A DNA stretch of 63,375 nucleotides, counting the filler, from Octopus bimaculoides (lineage: Eukaryota): NCBI RefSeq assembly GCF_001194135.2. It is 8 parts of 7 records of this genome, joined end to end, with 100 filler letters (N's around TTAATTAATTAA, not from the genome) between each part and the next. Parts side by side here need not be neighbours in the genome. Positions count along the whole stretch, not along the records: positions 1 to 24,426 come from NC_068995.1; 7 more parts are not named here. One strand, given 5' to 3'. This document shows positions 10,861 to 21,863 of the stretch, piece after piece (within the stretch, counting starts at the first letter, position 1; each line of letters starts with the position of its first letter). The position numbers and the translations under genes are program-made. Under the pieces are notes generated by a model. The model was not told the origin of the DNA. It searched no databases and worked only from the letters and a program-made list of their open reading frames with translations.

Positions 10861-11719
10861 ACGTTGAGATTCCAATGAAGGAGCCTTGGGTCTAGGTTCG
10901 AAACCGGGTCTTTTTCAATTGATAAGAAATCTTGAAATAAAACTGAACAATGACATACATACATACACACATACATACTAACATGCAACATAAANNNNNN
11001 NNNNNNNNNNNNNNNNNNNNNNNNNNNNNNNNNNNNNNNNNNNNNNNNNNNNNNNNNNNNNNNNNNNNNNNNNNNNNNNNNNNNNNNNNNNNNNNNNNNN
11101 NNNNNNNNNNNNNNNNNNNNNNNNNNNNNNNNNNNNNNNNNNNNNNNNNNNNNNNNNNNNNNNNNNNNNNNNNNNNNNNNNNNNNNNNNNNNNNNNNNNN
11201 NNNNNNNNNNNNNNNNNNNNNNNNNNNNNNNNNNNNNNNNNNNNNNNNNNNNNNNNNNNNNNNNNNNNNNNNNNNNNNNNNNNNNNNNNNNNNNNNNNNN
11301 NNNNNNNNNNNNNNNNNNNNNNNNNNNNNNNNNNNNNNNNNNNNNNNNNNNNNNNNNNNNNNNNNNNNNNNNNNNNNNNNNNNNNNNNNNNNNNNNNNNN
11401 NNNNNNNNNNNNNNNNNNNNNNNNNNNNNNNNNNNNNNNNNNNNNNNNNNNNNNNNNNNNNNNNNNNNNNNNNNNNNNNNNNNNNNNNNNNNNNNNNNNN
11501 NNNNNNNNNNNNNNNNNNNNNNNNNNNNNNNNNNNNNNNNNNNNNNNNNNNNNNNNNNNNNNNNNNNNNNNNNNNNNNNNNNNNNNNNNNNNNNNNNNNN
11601 NNNNNNNNNNNNNNNNNNNNNNNNNNNNNNNNNNNNNNNNNNNNNNNNNNNNNNNNNNNNNNNNNNNNNNNNNNNNNNNNNNNNNNNNNNNNNNNNNNNN
11701 NNNNNNNNNNNNNNNNNNN

Positions 11720-11759
<40 letters not shown>

Positions 11760-12331
11760 CTAGCTGCACTACTAGGCATAGCACAGGTTTTAAATTGTTT
11801 AAAATAACTCCATTATATTTTTAGAATAAATTACTTTTAAACGGACTCACACACACTAACAGTCTTTGTTAATCCGCAATTGTTAATCCATCCAGAATTG
11901 GTACAAAACAGAACGTTCAGACGATTATAATTCCAAATTGAGCTTCAAAAAAATAAATCAATTGAAAAGAAAGAAAAAAATACACAAAACAACTAATTTA
12001 AGTTATAATAACTTAGAACGTCTCCTTCACAAATCTCACCTAAACTGAGAGTTACAATTTGGAACATTTACACATAATTATAGACGTACATTACTTTTGT
12101 GTGTGTGCATACATGCGTGTGCGTGCATACGTGTGTGTGTGTATGTGTCTGTGTGCATACTCGTATACATAGCCACACATACACAAACATATATACATAT
12201 ATGTATTTATACATAAACATATTTATATACACATACATACACGTTCATTTGTGAGGGGTGTTTGTATGTATGTACGTATGTATGTATGAATGTACATATG
12301 TATGTATGTATGCACGCACAACGGACGCCCA

Positions 12332-12378
<47 letters not shown>

Positions 12379-12384
12379 TATACA

Positions 12385-12517
12385 TACGACAGGCTTCCTT
12401 CAGTTTCCATCTAACAAAGCCACTCATATGTCCTTAGTTGGTGCTACACAGTAGGACTGAACCCGGAATCATGTTGTTTGGAAGCAAGCTTCTTGTAACA
12501 CTGCCACCCTTGCGCCT
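12385..12517 (-). mobile_element. SINE family B head fragment
   Basis: ttcagtttccatcta.caaagccactca...ggactgaacccggaatcatg...gaagcaagcttctt. Confidence 0.75.
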
Positions 12518-14106
12518 AATATTTATTTTTATATCAATNNNNNNNNNNNNNNNNNNNNNNNNNNNNNNNNNNNNNNNNNNNNNNNNNNNNNNNNNNNNNN
12601 NNNNNNNNNNNNNNNNNNNNNNNNNNNNNNNNNNNNNNNNNNNNNNNNNNNNNNNNNNNNNNNNNNNNNNNNNNNNNNNNNNNNNNNNNNNNNNNNNNNN
12701 NNNNNNNNNNNNNNNNNNNNNNNNNNNNNNNNNNNNNNNNNNNNNNNNNNNNNNNNNNNNNNNNNNNNNNNNNNNNNNNNNNNNNNNNNNNNNNNNNNNN
12801 NNNNNNNNNNNNNNNNNNNNNNNNNNNNNNNNNNNNNNNNNNNNNNNNNNNNNNNNNNNNNNNNNNNNNNNNNNNNNNNNNNNNNNNNNNNNNNNNNNNN
12901 NNNNNNNNNNNNNNNNNNNNNNNNNNNNNNNNNNNNNNNNNNNNNNNNNNNNNNNNNNNNNNNNNNNNNNNNNNNNNNNNNNNNNNNNNNNNNNNNNNNN
13001 NNNNNNNNNNNNNNNNNNNNNNNNNNNNNNNNNNNNNNNNNNNNNNNNNNNNNNNNNNNNNNNNNNNNNNNNNNNNNNNNNNNNNNNNNNNNNNNNNNNN
13101 NNNNNNNNNNNNNNNNNNNNNNNNNNNNNNNNNNNNNNNNNNNNNNNNNNNNNNNNNNNNNNNNNNNNNNNNNNNNNNNNNNNNNNNNNNNNNNNNNNNN
13201 NNNNNNNNNNNNNNNNNNNNNNNNNNNNNNNNNNNNNNNNNNNNNNNNNNNNNNNNNNNNNNNNNNNNNNNNNNNNNNNNNNNNNNNNNNNNNNNNNNNN
13301 NNNNNNNNNNNNNNNNNNNNNNNNNNNNNNNNNNNNNNNNNNNNNNNNNNNNNNNNNNNNNNNNNNNNNNNNNNNNNNNNNNNNNNNNNNNNNNNNNNNN
13401 NNNNNNNNNNNNNNNNNNNNNNNNNNNNNNNNNNNNNNNNNNNNNNNNNNNNNNNNNNNNNNNNNNNNNNNNNNNAGAGAGAGAGTTAATTTTGAAAATA
13501 AAAAAAAATAGCTGACAATGATTTCGAAGTTTCGGATTGCTCGATGTCATCAGACATCAAACGGCGATGAGCAAGTCGAAACTTCAAACACACTAACAAG
13601 CCTTTTTCTCGTAAAAAAAAAAAAAAGAATTAATAAACTTGTACTCTACAAAAATGTCCTGAGTAATCTTTCAGATTAATGTTAAATCGGTTATAATACA
13701 TAACTTGATAAATAACCAAACATTAATATGTGTGTGTGTAAGAGAGAGACAGATTGAGAGAGAGTATGCGTGTCGGAGGGCTGAGAGTATTAAAGGCCTT
13801 CGGTCATAACTGTTCACCGGGCCCTTAGCAATTGATATCAGTAGAGTTAACATGTAGAGTGCGGGCCTCTCAGAGCTCCGAGCCCTCGGGCAGTGCCCAA
13901 TTGACCGACGGCTCAGTCCGCCCCAATTCATGTAAATTGTATATGCAACTTTTCATATCAATACATTCCGAGCGCTTGTTATTGCTTGTGTGTCTTTCTA
14001 CTTACGTATGTGTGGGTGTGTGTAGGTGTGTACGCGCGCGCGTTCGAATACATGATGTAAATTGCAATGTATCCGCTCCATCTATCAGTAATATATAACT
14101 ATTACA

Positions 14107-14537
14107 AGGCGGTGAGCTGACAGAAACGTTAGCACGTCGAGCGAAATGCTTGGCGGTATTTCTTCTGTCTTTACGTTCTGCGTTCAAATTCCGCCGAGGC
14201 CGACTTTGCCTTTTATCCTTTCGGGGTCGATAAATTAAGTACCAGTTATGCACTGGGGTCGATATAATCGACTTAATACCTTTATCTGTTCTTGTTTGTC
14301 CCCTCTATGTTTAGCCCCTTGTGGGCAATAAAGAAATAAGAAACGTTAGCACGCCGAGTGGAAATGCTTAGCGGTATTTCGTCTGTCTTTACGTTCTGAG
14401 TTCAAATTCCGCCGAGGTCGACTTTACTTTTCATTCTTTCGGGGTCGATAAATAAAGTACCAGTTGCGTACTGGGGTCGACCTAATCGACTGGCCCCCTT
14501 CCCCAATATTCCCGGTTTTGTGCCTAGAGTAGAAAAG
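14107..14537 (+). mobile_element. Dimeric SINE family D bounded by a single 17-bp TSD
   Basis: Two D units (second starts at gaaacgttagcacgcc, ~14340). AATATATAACTATTACA at 14090-14106 and 14538-14554. Confidence 0.88.
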
Positions 14538-14761
14538 AATATATAACTATTACATACTTATGGTTCTGTGTATATGTGCGTTATATATACAAATGATTCT
14601 ATAATTATATACATAATTATAATAAGCGGTCAGCTAAGTACCTCGCCACGTACTGAATTATGTCTAATTTCTTTTCAACTACAATCAAATCTCCGAGAAA
14701 ATAACACACTTTTGAATGCAGGCAACAGAAAAATGATGAATCAACATGACCGTGGTTAATT

Positions 14762-14801
14762 ACAGACACGTTTCGAATACATTTACCTATTGTTCTCTTC
14801 A

Positions 14802-14805
<4 letters not shown>
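14762..14805 (-). ncRNA. Minimal type-I hammerhead ribozyme motif, intact core
   Basis: Minus strand: ACA-CTGAAGA-GAA(CA ATAGGTAAA TG TA)TTC-GAAA-C-GT-GTC-TGT. Core CUGANGA/GAAA intact; 3-bp stem I; GUC cleavage triplet. Confidence 0.65.
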
Positions 14806-14841
<36 letters not shown>

Positions 14842-15445
14842 AATTTAATAATAAGGGTAGAAATTGATATTAATCAATTAAAACCAGTGGTCCAGCATAT
14901 TAAAAAAATCCGAAGATTAGAATTATATTACATACAAAAATAAGAGAAATGACCAGCAAAAGTGGACTCCTATATGCTAGAAATAGATGCCGAATCATCT
15001 AACNNNNNNNNNNNNNNNNNNNNNNNNNNNNNNNNNNNNNNNNNNNNNNNNNNNNNNNNNNNNNNNNNNNNNNNNNNNNNNNNNNNNNNNNNNNNNNNNN
15101 NNNNNNNNNNNNNNNNNNNNNNNNNNNNNNNNNNNNNNNNNNNNNNNNNNNNNNNNNNNNNNNNNNNNNNNNNNNNNNNNNNNNNNNNNNNNNNNNNNNN
15201 NNNNNNNNNNNNNNNNNNNNNNNNNNNNNNNNNNNNNNNNNNNNNNNNNNNNNNNNNNNNNNNNNNNNNNNNNNNNNNNNNNNNNNNNNNNNNNNTATAT
15301 ATATGTATTCAGTTTAAAAATAGTTTTGATAAACTTTCCATGAAAAGTGCGCCACTGATTTTTTCCTCCCTCCCACTCCTTTTGTTGTTGTTATTATTGT
15401 TTTTCTTCTCCTTCTTTTCCTCTTCCTCCTCCTCCTTCTTCTTCC

Positions 15446-15520
15446 TTAATCTCCAGAGCGCCTATAATTGCTTATTTAATCTCCAGAGCGTCAGCGATTG
15501 TTTATTTAATCCCCAGTGCA
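15446..15520. repeat. Three direct repeats at exact 30-bp period
   Basis: TTAATCTCCAGAGCG at 15446 and 15476; TTAATCCCCAGTGCA at 15506. Confidence 0.85.
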
Positions 15521-15756
15521 CAAACGAAGTAAATAAACAAATAGATAAATAAGATACAGAACCACCGCCCTCTTATCTTTAAAAGTAAAAAAAAAAATGG
15601 TGAAAAGTACATGAGAATATTGTAGTCCAACATAGATTTGTGTCCGTCTTAAGATATGAACACACTAGGCACTTGTTCGGGAACCTCACGGGTCTAGAAC
15701 CCAATTCTGATCGATATATGCTGTGGTGTATTTATAATTTTTATTTTTTACTTGTT

Positions 15757-16012
15757 CCAATCCTTAAACTGCGGCCTTGCTGGAGCACCCCGCTTTGAAG
15801 TTTTTTTAGTCGAATGAATCGAACCCAGTACTTATTTTTTAAAAGCCTGGTACTTATTCTGTTGGTCTCTTTCGCTGAACTGCTAATTTGCGAGGACGTA
15901 AATAAACCAATACCAGTTGTCAAGCAGTGGTAGTGGACAAACACAGGTACACCGACACACACACACACAGGTACGCACACACGCACGTACACACGCACAC
16001 ATACACGCACAC

Positions 16013-16064
<52 letters not shown>

Positions 16065-16482
16065 AGACAGATATGGCCAGTCTATGGGATTACCCTGAGT
16101 TTCAAGTCCATAAAGCGCTTAAGCTTTACAGCGTTTCTTCAAACCCAAGGCTTAGGGTATGAAGAAACGTTGTAAAGCTTTATGGACGTGAAACCCAAGG
16201 TAATCGCATAGACCGGCCATATCTATCTTTATTGATATACTCTACCGCTCTATAACTTACAGAGCACCTCTTTTTCAGATTTATAATTTACTGACGATAC
16301 ACACACACACACACACACGACGCGCCTCTTTCAATTTCCGTCTACCAAATCCACCCACAAGGCTTTGGTCGGACCGAGGCTTTAGTAAATGAGACTTGCC
16401 CAAGGTACCAACGCAGAGGGACTGAACCTAGAACCATATGGTTAAGATGCAAAGTTCTTACCAGATACAACCATGCCTGTGC
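15757..16482 (-). mobile_element. Bipartite SINE B/C whose middle microsatellite carries an inserted palindrome
   Basis: Family C tail at 15757-15955, (CA)/(GATA) tracts, family B head at 16318-16482. Confidence 0.75.
16061..16232. mobile_element. Fold-back palindromic element (~170 bp), probable MITE
   Basis: Outer arms ataaagacagatatggccagtctatgggattaccctgagtttcaagtccataaagc and their complement (~7 mismatches in 56 bp). Inner stem agctttacagcgtttcttcaaaccc / gggtatgaagaaacgttgtaaagct. Confidence 0.8.
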
Positions 16483-18565
16483 CTAATTTTCAGTAAAAAG
16501 AAAACAAATACTATAGATCGAGGGCCTATAATGCTGTCAAGATGGCATTAAGAGAGACTATTCGAACAAAAAGACTGGATAATCAAAACTAGAGTATCTT
16601 TCTTTTTTATCATAGGTTTACTTCGATCAAAAAGCTTGTCCAGAGCAAAACAAGAACAAACAGCGATATTATTGAGAAAACACTACCTCTCTATGATTCC
16701 CGTTTATACCGCGTTGAAAAAAAAAATATGCAACCAACCAATTTAAAAGTTTACTAAACTAAATTAGGAAACAGACACAATCAGATAGTTGCAGACAGAC
16801 TATCATTGATAATGCAAAAGAAAATAGAAACGACTGACGAAAAAGAGAAAGACTTAATGGCCTTCTTATTAGCTTTTGCAAGAGATTTAATTCAAGACGG
16901 GCCAAACGAGAGGGCTTCTACTCATCGAGTGACTTAGCTTGATTGAGGTTTGGCTATGATCAGAACAGCCAAACACCAATCTACTTCGAATTGCACTCTA
17001 TTGTTCTAAGAAAGAAAAAAAATACGACAGACACATTGGATAATGTATTCCTAGATAACCTTAATAAGATGGTTAAAGTCCTGGTTGAATCAACGCTAAT
17101 TGGATCAGAATTGACCGGTGGCTAAATAACAACAACGATTTGATCCGAGATTGTCGGCTGAAGCCTAAGCTGCTTTATCAACGAGTCATTACACACAATC
17201 CCGCTTAGTATCCTTAAATGCAGCATTAAAAACAAATCTTCCCACGTATATTTACGACTTTGAACACTAAATATTTTGTTCCACTGACTAATAAAACGAT
17301 GAAACAGTTAGAAAACAACTAAAGGGAAATAATAAACAACGAATTTCTTCACAATAATTTCCCTTGTACTATAAAAACCACTTTTTTTCAGACCAGCATT
17401 TTTTAAAAAATGTTTCGCGTATCAAAAGTTTATAGTAGTTCGTGTTCTCTGACAAAGAATATTCCTAGTTAAATATCATACCGGTTCGTTTTGATTGCTG
17501 CTCAGTTGATATTCCTACCATAATTTCTAAGACTTTCCTTCAGATATCAAATTATTTTGAACTACATTATCTACTGTCTTTCCTTTGTTACATACAAAGT
17601 GTGTTAAGGCGGTACTTTCTCCAATTTACGTGAGTGGACCAAAACAAATTAGATTCTTCTCTTCCTTCACAACTTCATGCTTCAAGACAAAAAATAGCGT
17701 CCTTCTGTAGAAACTATTCCTTTCCATTCAGAGCTGGCAAGAAAATTTGATAATCTATGTTTAAAAAAAAGGTTGAGATAGTTAACGGCTCACACTATAA
17801 ATATCATCGCCATCAGTATCACCATATTCACCATCATCACTGTCATCGTCGTCTTTACGATCCTGTCTAGTCTAACTGTAATTAAAAATATATATACATT
17901 GAAGGAATTAGCTGACTTTAATGCAAATAATTTTGTTGTGTCTGAGGAGAGTCATATTGCCTTAATATCTAACACACTCATTGGTTCAATATCCACTCAT
18001 TTATTACTTTTTTTTTTCTTCCAAAATTTTCGTTGCTTTTGCAAACTTGTCAATGGATGAAAAAATCCATAAACACAGCTTAAGACAGCATGAAGAAATC
18101 CAAAGTGGATTACAGTGGAATTTGAACTCAGATTTAAAACTAAACCCTGCTAAATAATTACGTACTTACTTTCAAAATAACTAGAGCTGAACAGCCGAGG
18201 ATAATCTCCCACTGTCATGCATAATGATTTCATATGGTACAAATAAACTAATAACTTCTGCTGCCAAGCTAAATACTTTCCGTGAGTCCTTCTTGAAGTA
18301 TTGACATTGCTAAACAAGAAAATGTATGCAAGTGAGTGTTCAGTATTGTCAAAATACCGTATGTACCTGGCCCAGTACCCAGTAACTGCTGGTGGCCCTA
18401 GCCTCAACATCTTTTGTTACCCCCCTGTGACAAGCTGAAATAAAGTAAGTTGTATTACCTCCTATCCTATTATTGGGTTTATTCGCCCACTTTGGCAACA
18501 TCCAGGAGAGTAGAATTTGTGACTTCATGGGACTAGGAACTATAATACTATTCAAGAAACTTCAT

Positions 18566-18760
18566 ATCATCATCATCATTTAATGCCTGCTTTCCATGCT
18601 AGCATGGGTAGGATGGTTTGACAGGGAACTGGGAAGCTTCAGGGATTCATCAAGCTCCAGTGTCATCTTTCGTGGGGTTTCTATGGCTTGATGCCCTTCC
18701 TAATGCCAACCACTTTACAGAGTGTACTGGGTGCTGTTTTCAAGTCCCAGTACTAATGAG
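18566..18760 (-). mobile_element. RTE-type non-autonomous element/SINE fragment
   Basis: (CAT)n-tttaatgcctgctttccatgctagcatggg tail and gatgcccttcctaatgccaacc motif, shared with 19585 and 50742. Confidence 0.75.
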
Positions 18761-19584
18761 GTTGTTGTGTAACTTGCATGCCAGAAAAGAACAAACAAAA
18801 CGAAAATAGTAAAAGACTTCCCCCCCCCCCACACACACACACACACACACACTAAGAGGAGGTACTTGGGAGGGGAAGGTAGCTGTGGGTGGATGGCTGC
18901 ATGCGAAGTGTTGAAAGGCTAAAGTATGATAGTGGAATGAGCACAAATGTCTTGCTATAGAGGAGATAGATAGCTGAAGGAAATAAGAAAAAGGTGGTGA
19001 AGGAGTACTAAAACAAACTCTCAAGGAAGAAGAAAGTGAGCATAAGAGAGAACACAGATGGTGGGTCATAGGAGATGATAAGAGAGTGGATGCTTTCATT
19101 AGAGTGTGAGTGAGAAGTCAACTGGTGGAGGTTGATGTAGAACATAGACACAAACTCACTGGAGGCCAGTTAACATTTTCGTTGCAATATTCCTATTGAA
19201 ATCACTGCCTTTGTTTCGATTAATTTCGAAAATATTGAAGAATTTTGTAAAACAACTTGACTGGTATTAAACTGGTATTTGAAACACAAATTAACAGTGA
19301 GAAGACATTCAATTCTGGAAATAAACCCAGGAGGAAATCATTTTCCTAGATATGTGTGAAAACACATGCTGAGCTGTGAATAATATCATTGGATAGTAGG
19401 ACATATGCTTTTCTCTGTCATTTCACTTCATCAACTACAAACACCAAATCTATCATTCACAGTTCAATGAGAATTAATTTATTTCAATTAAAACAGCATA
19501 AAATACATTTGTTGATGTGCATAAAGCTTGGTCAAGCTAGAATGAAATTAGGAAATGTTACTCAATGCAGTGTTGATTAAAACA

Positions 19585-20040
19585 TCATCATCATCATCAT
19601 TGTTTAACGTCTGCTTTCCATGCTAGCATGGGTTGGACGATTTGACTGAGGACTGGTGAACCAGGTGACTACACCAGGCTCCAATCTGATTTGGCAGAGT
19701 TTCTACAGCTGGATGCCCTTCCTAACGCCAACCACTCCGAGAGTGTAGTGGGTGCTTTTACGTGCCACCGGCACGAAGGCCAGTCAGGTGGTACTGGCAA
19801 CAGCCACGCTCAAAATGGTGTATTTTACATGCCACCTGCACAGGAGCCAGTCCAGTGGCACTGGCAATGATCTCGCTTGAACGTCTCGCCAGGAAGGTGA
19901 CGCTGGTAACGATCATGCTCAAATGGTGCTATTTACGTGCCACCGGCACGGAAGCCAGACAGCTGCTCTGGCAACGATCATGCTCGAACGGTGCTCTTAA
20001 CGCTCCACTGGCACAAGTGCCATCACAATTTCGCTTTCGC
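19585..20040 (-). mobile_element. RTE-type non-autonomous element/SINE with internal ~60-bp tandem units
   Basis: (CAT)n tail, ggatgcccttcctaacgccaacc, and repeated tttacgtgccaccggcacg / ctggcaacgatc units. Confidence 0.8.
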
Positions 20041-20084
20041 CATAGCAGAAAGTCATCTCATGTCTAAATGCACTCAAATGTGTT

Positions 20085-20455
20085 CAACATGAACATAAAG
20101 AGAAATGTCATTAAGTATTTTGTTTGACATGCTAACAATTCTGTGAGCACACCAGCTTGATGGGGAGGAGAAAGAGGAGAATAATGATGAGGAAGCCAAT
20201 ATGAGAGGTGTAGAAAAAATAGCAAAGTACCAGGACGTAGCCATTGAGTTACAGAGGCTATGGAAAGTGCAGGTAAAATGTATCCCTGCAGTTACAGGTG
20301 TATGAGGAACTATTCCTAAAGATTTGAACAGATGGACAGAGAAAATAGGCATAAAACCTGGTTTAGTGCAGCTCAAGGAAACAGTATTATCAGGGAAAGC
20401 TAAAATACTTAGGAAGATTCTTGGCATCTAAGGATGTTAGGAAGTATGTATATAA
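20085..20455 (+). mobile_element. R4/Dong-like non-LTR retrotransposon 3' fragment (REL endonuclease C-terminus)
   Basis: 20198-20431 translates EKIAKYQDVAIELQRLWKVQVKCIPAVTGV*GTIPKDL...LKETVLSGKAKILRKILGI*; followed by (GAA)n. Confidence 0.8.
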
Positions 20456-20460
20456 AGAAG

Positions 20461-20616
20461 GAGAAGAAGAAAAAGAAGAAGAAGAAGAAGAAGAAGAAGA
20501 AGAAGAAGAAGAAGAAGAAGAAGAAGAAGAAGAAGAAGAAGAAGAAGAAGAAGAAGAAGAAGAAGAAGAATCCTTTCTACTATAATAATAGTAATAATAA
20601 TAATAACCCTTTCTAC

Positions 20617-20652
<36 letters not shown>

Positions 20653-20657
20653 TATAA
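20461..20657. repeat. (GAA)n tract followed by three TCCTTTCTACTA+(TAA)n units
   Basis: Direct reading. The units are the reiterated 3' end of the adjacent minus-strand SINE D. Confidence 0.85.
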
Positions 20658-21085
20658 TCCTTTCTACTATAAGTAAAAGGTCTGAAATTCGGTGAGAAGG
20701 GGATTGACAATTACATCAACCCCAGTACTCAATTGGTATTTATTTTGTCAGCCCTGAAAGGATGAAAGGCAAAGTTGACTTCAGCAGGATTTGAACTCAA
20801 AATGTAAAGACAGACGAAATGCCATTAAGCATTTTGTAAGCGTCTTGTCTGACATGGTAATGATTCGGCCATCTCACCACTTTAATAATAATATTCTTTT
20901 CTACTCTAGGGACAAGCCCTGAAATTTTGGGGGAGTGGGGGGGGGCAGTCGATTAGATCAACCCCGGTACACAACTCGTATTTAATTTATCACCCCGAAA
21001 AGATGAAAGGAAAAATCAACCTTGGCAGAATTTGAACTCAGGATGTAAAGACAGATGGAATACTGCTAAGGATTTCACCCAGCAT
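20657..21085 (-). mobile_element. Two head-to-tail SINE family D copies
   Basis: Two occurrences of gaaaggatgaaaggcaaagttgact / gaaaagatgaaagg with atttgaactcag. Confidence 0.82.
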
Positions 21086-21831
21086 TCTACATTGGTCTCT
21101 GTTCCTCAGAGCTAGACTTGTGCCAAGACCACCCGGGGCCCATTCCCTTTACATGTCTTTCCATCTTTCATCACCTATACCATGTCTGTCCATCTGTGTC
21201 TCTACTCTAACCACCGACTCAAGTCCTTACTCCTCAGGTCATCATCCCACTGGAATTCTGTCTTTACCCATGTTTTATATTAATTATCAACTTACACAGA
21301 GAGGTAGTTAGAATGTGTACTGCCCAGGGGAAGTCCTCTAGTTTTCTCCCCCACCCACCCTTCCACACACACACATTCTCGGGCGCCGAGCCTATATAGG
21401 ACTTATACAGTAAACCCATCCCACTAAAGGAACCATCCCACTAAAAGAGCCACTCAGAGTAGAGTGCCCTCCTCCTAGCTACACTACTGGTCATACAGTT
21501 GCTTAGAAAACGTTTGTCATAATTCAATTTTACCTGTCTTCCTAGGCAGTGTGTACTGGTATGTCTGCCTTCAATTCTAAAATTCTGCCAAATGGTTCCG
21601 CACCAAATCAAACCATTGAAAAAGAGTAAGAGAAAAATCTTGGAATTTGCTACATAAATTTCTTTGAATTGAAACATTTATCAATCTATCTATCTATCTA
21701 TATATATATCTATACACACACACACACACACACACACATACACATGTATGTATATATGTATGTCTGTATTTATGTACATATGTAATGTATGCATGTGTGC
21801 ATACATGTGTATGTATATATATATATATGTA

Positions 21832-21863
<32 letters not shown>

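Noticed and set aside
15446-15520. Repeat-spacer pattern as CRISPR
   Set aside because: Eukaryotic context, 15-bp repeat, related spacers, three units, no cas genes.
17489-17505. TTTTGATTGCTGCTCAG resembles the 5' part of miR-315
   Set aside because: The 3' part diverges and no complementary arm lies nearby.
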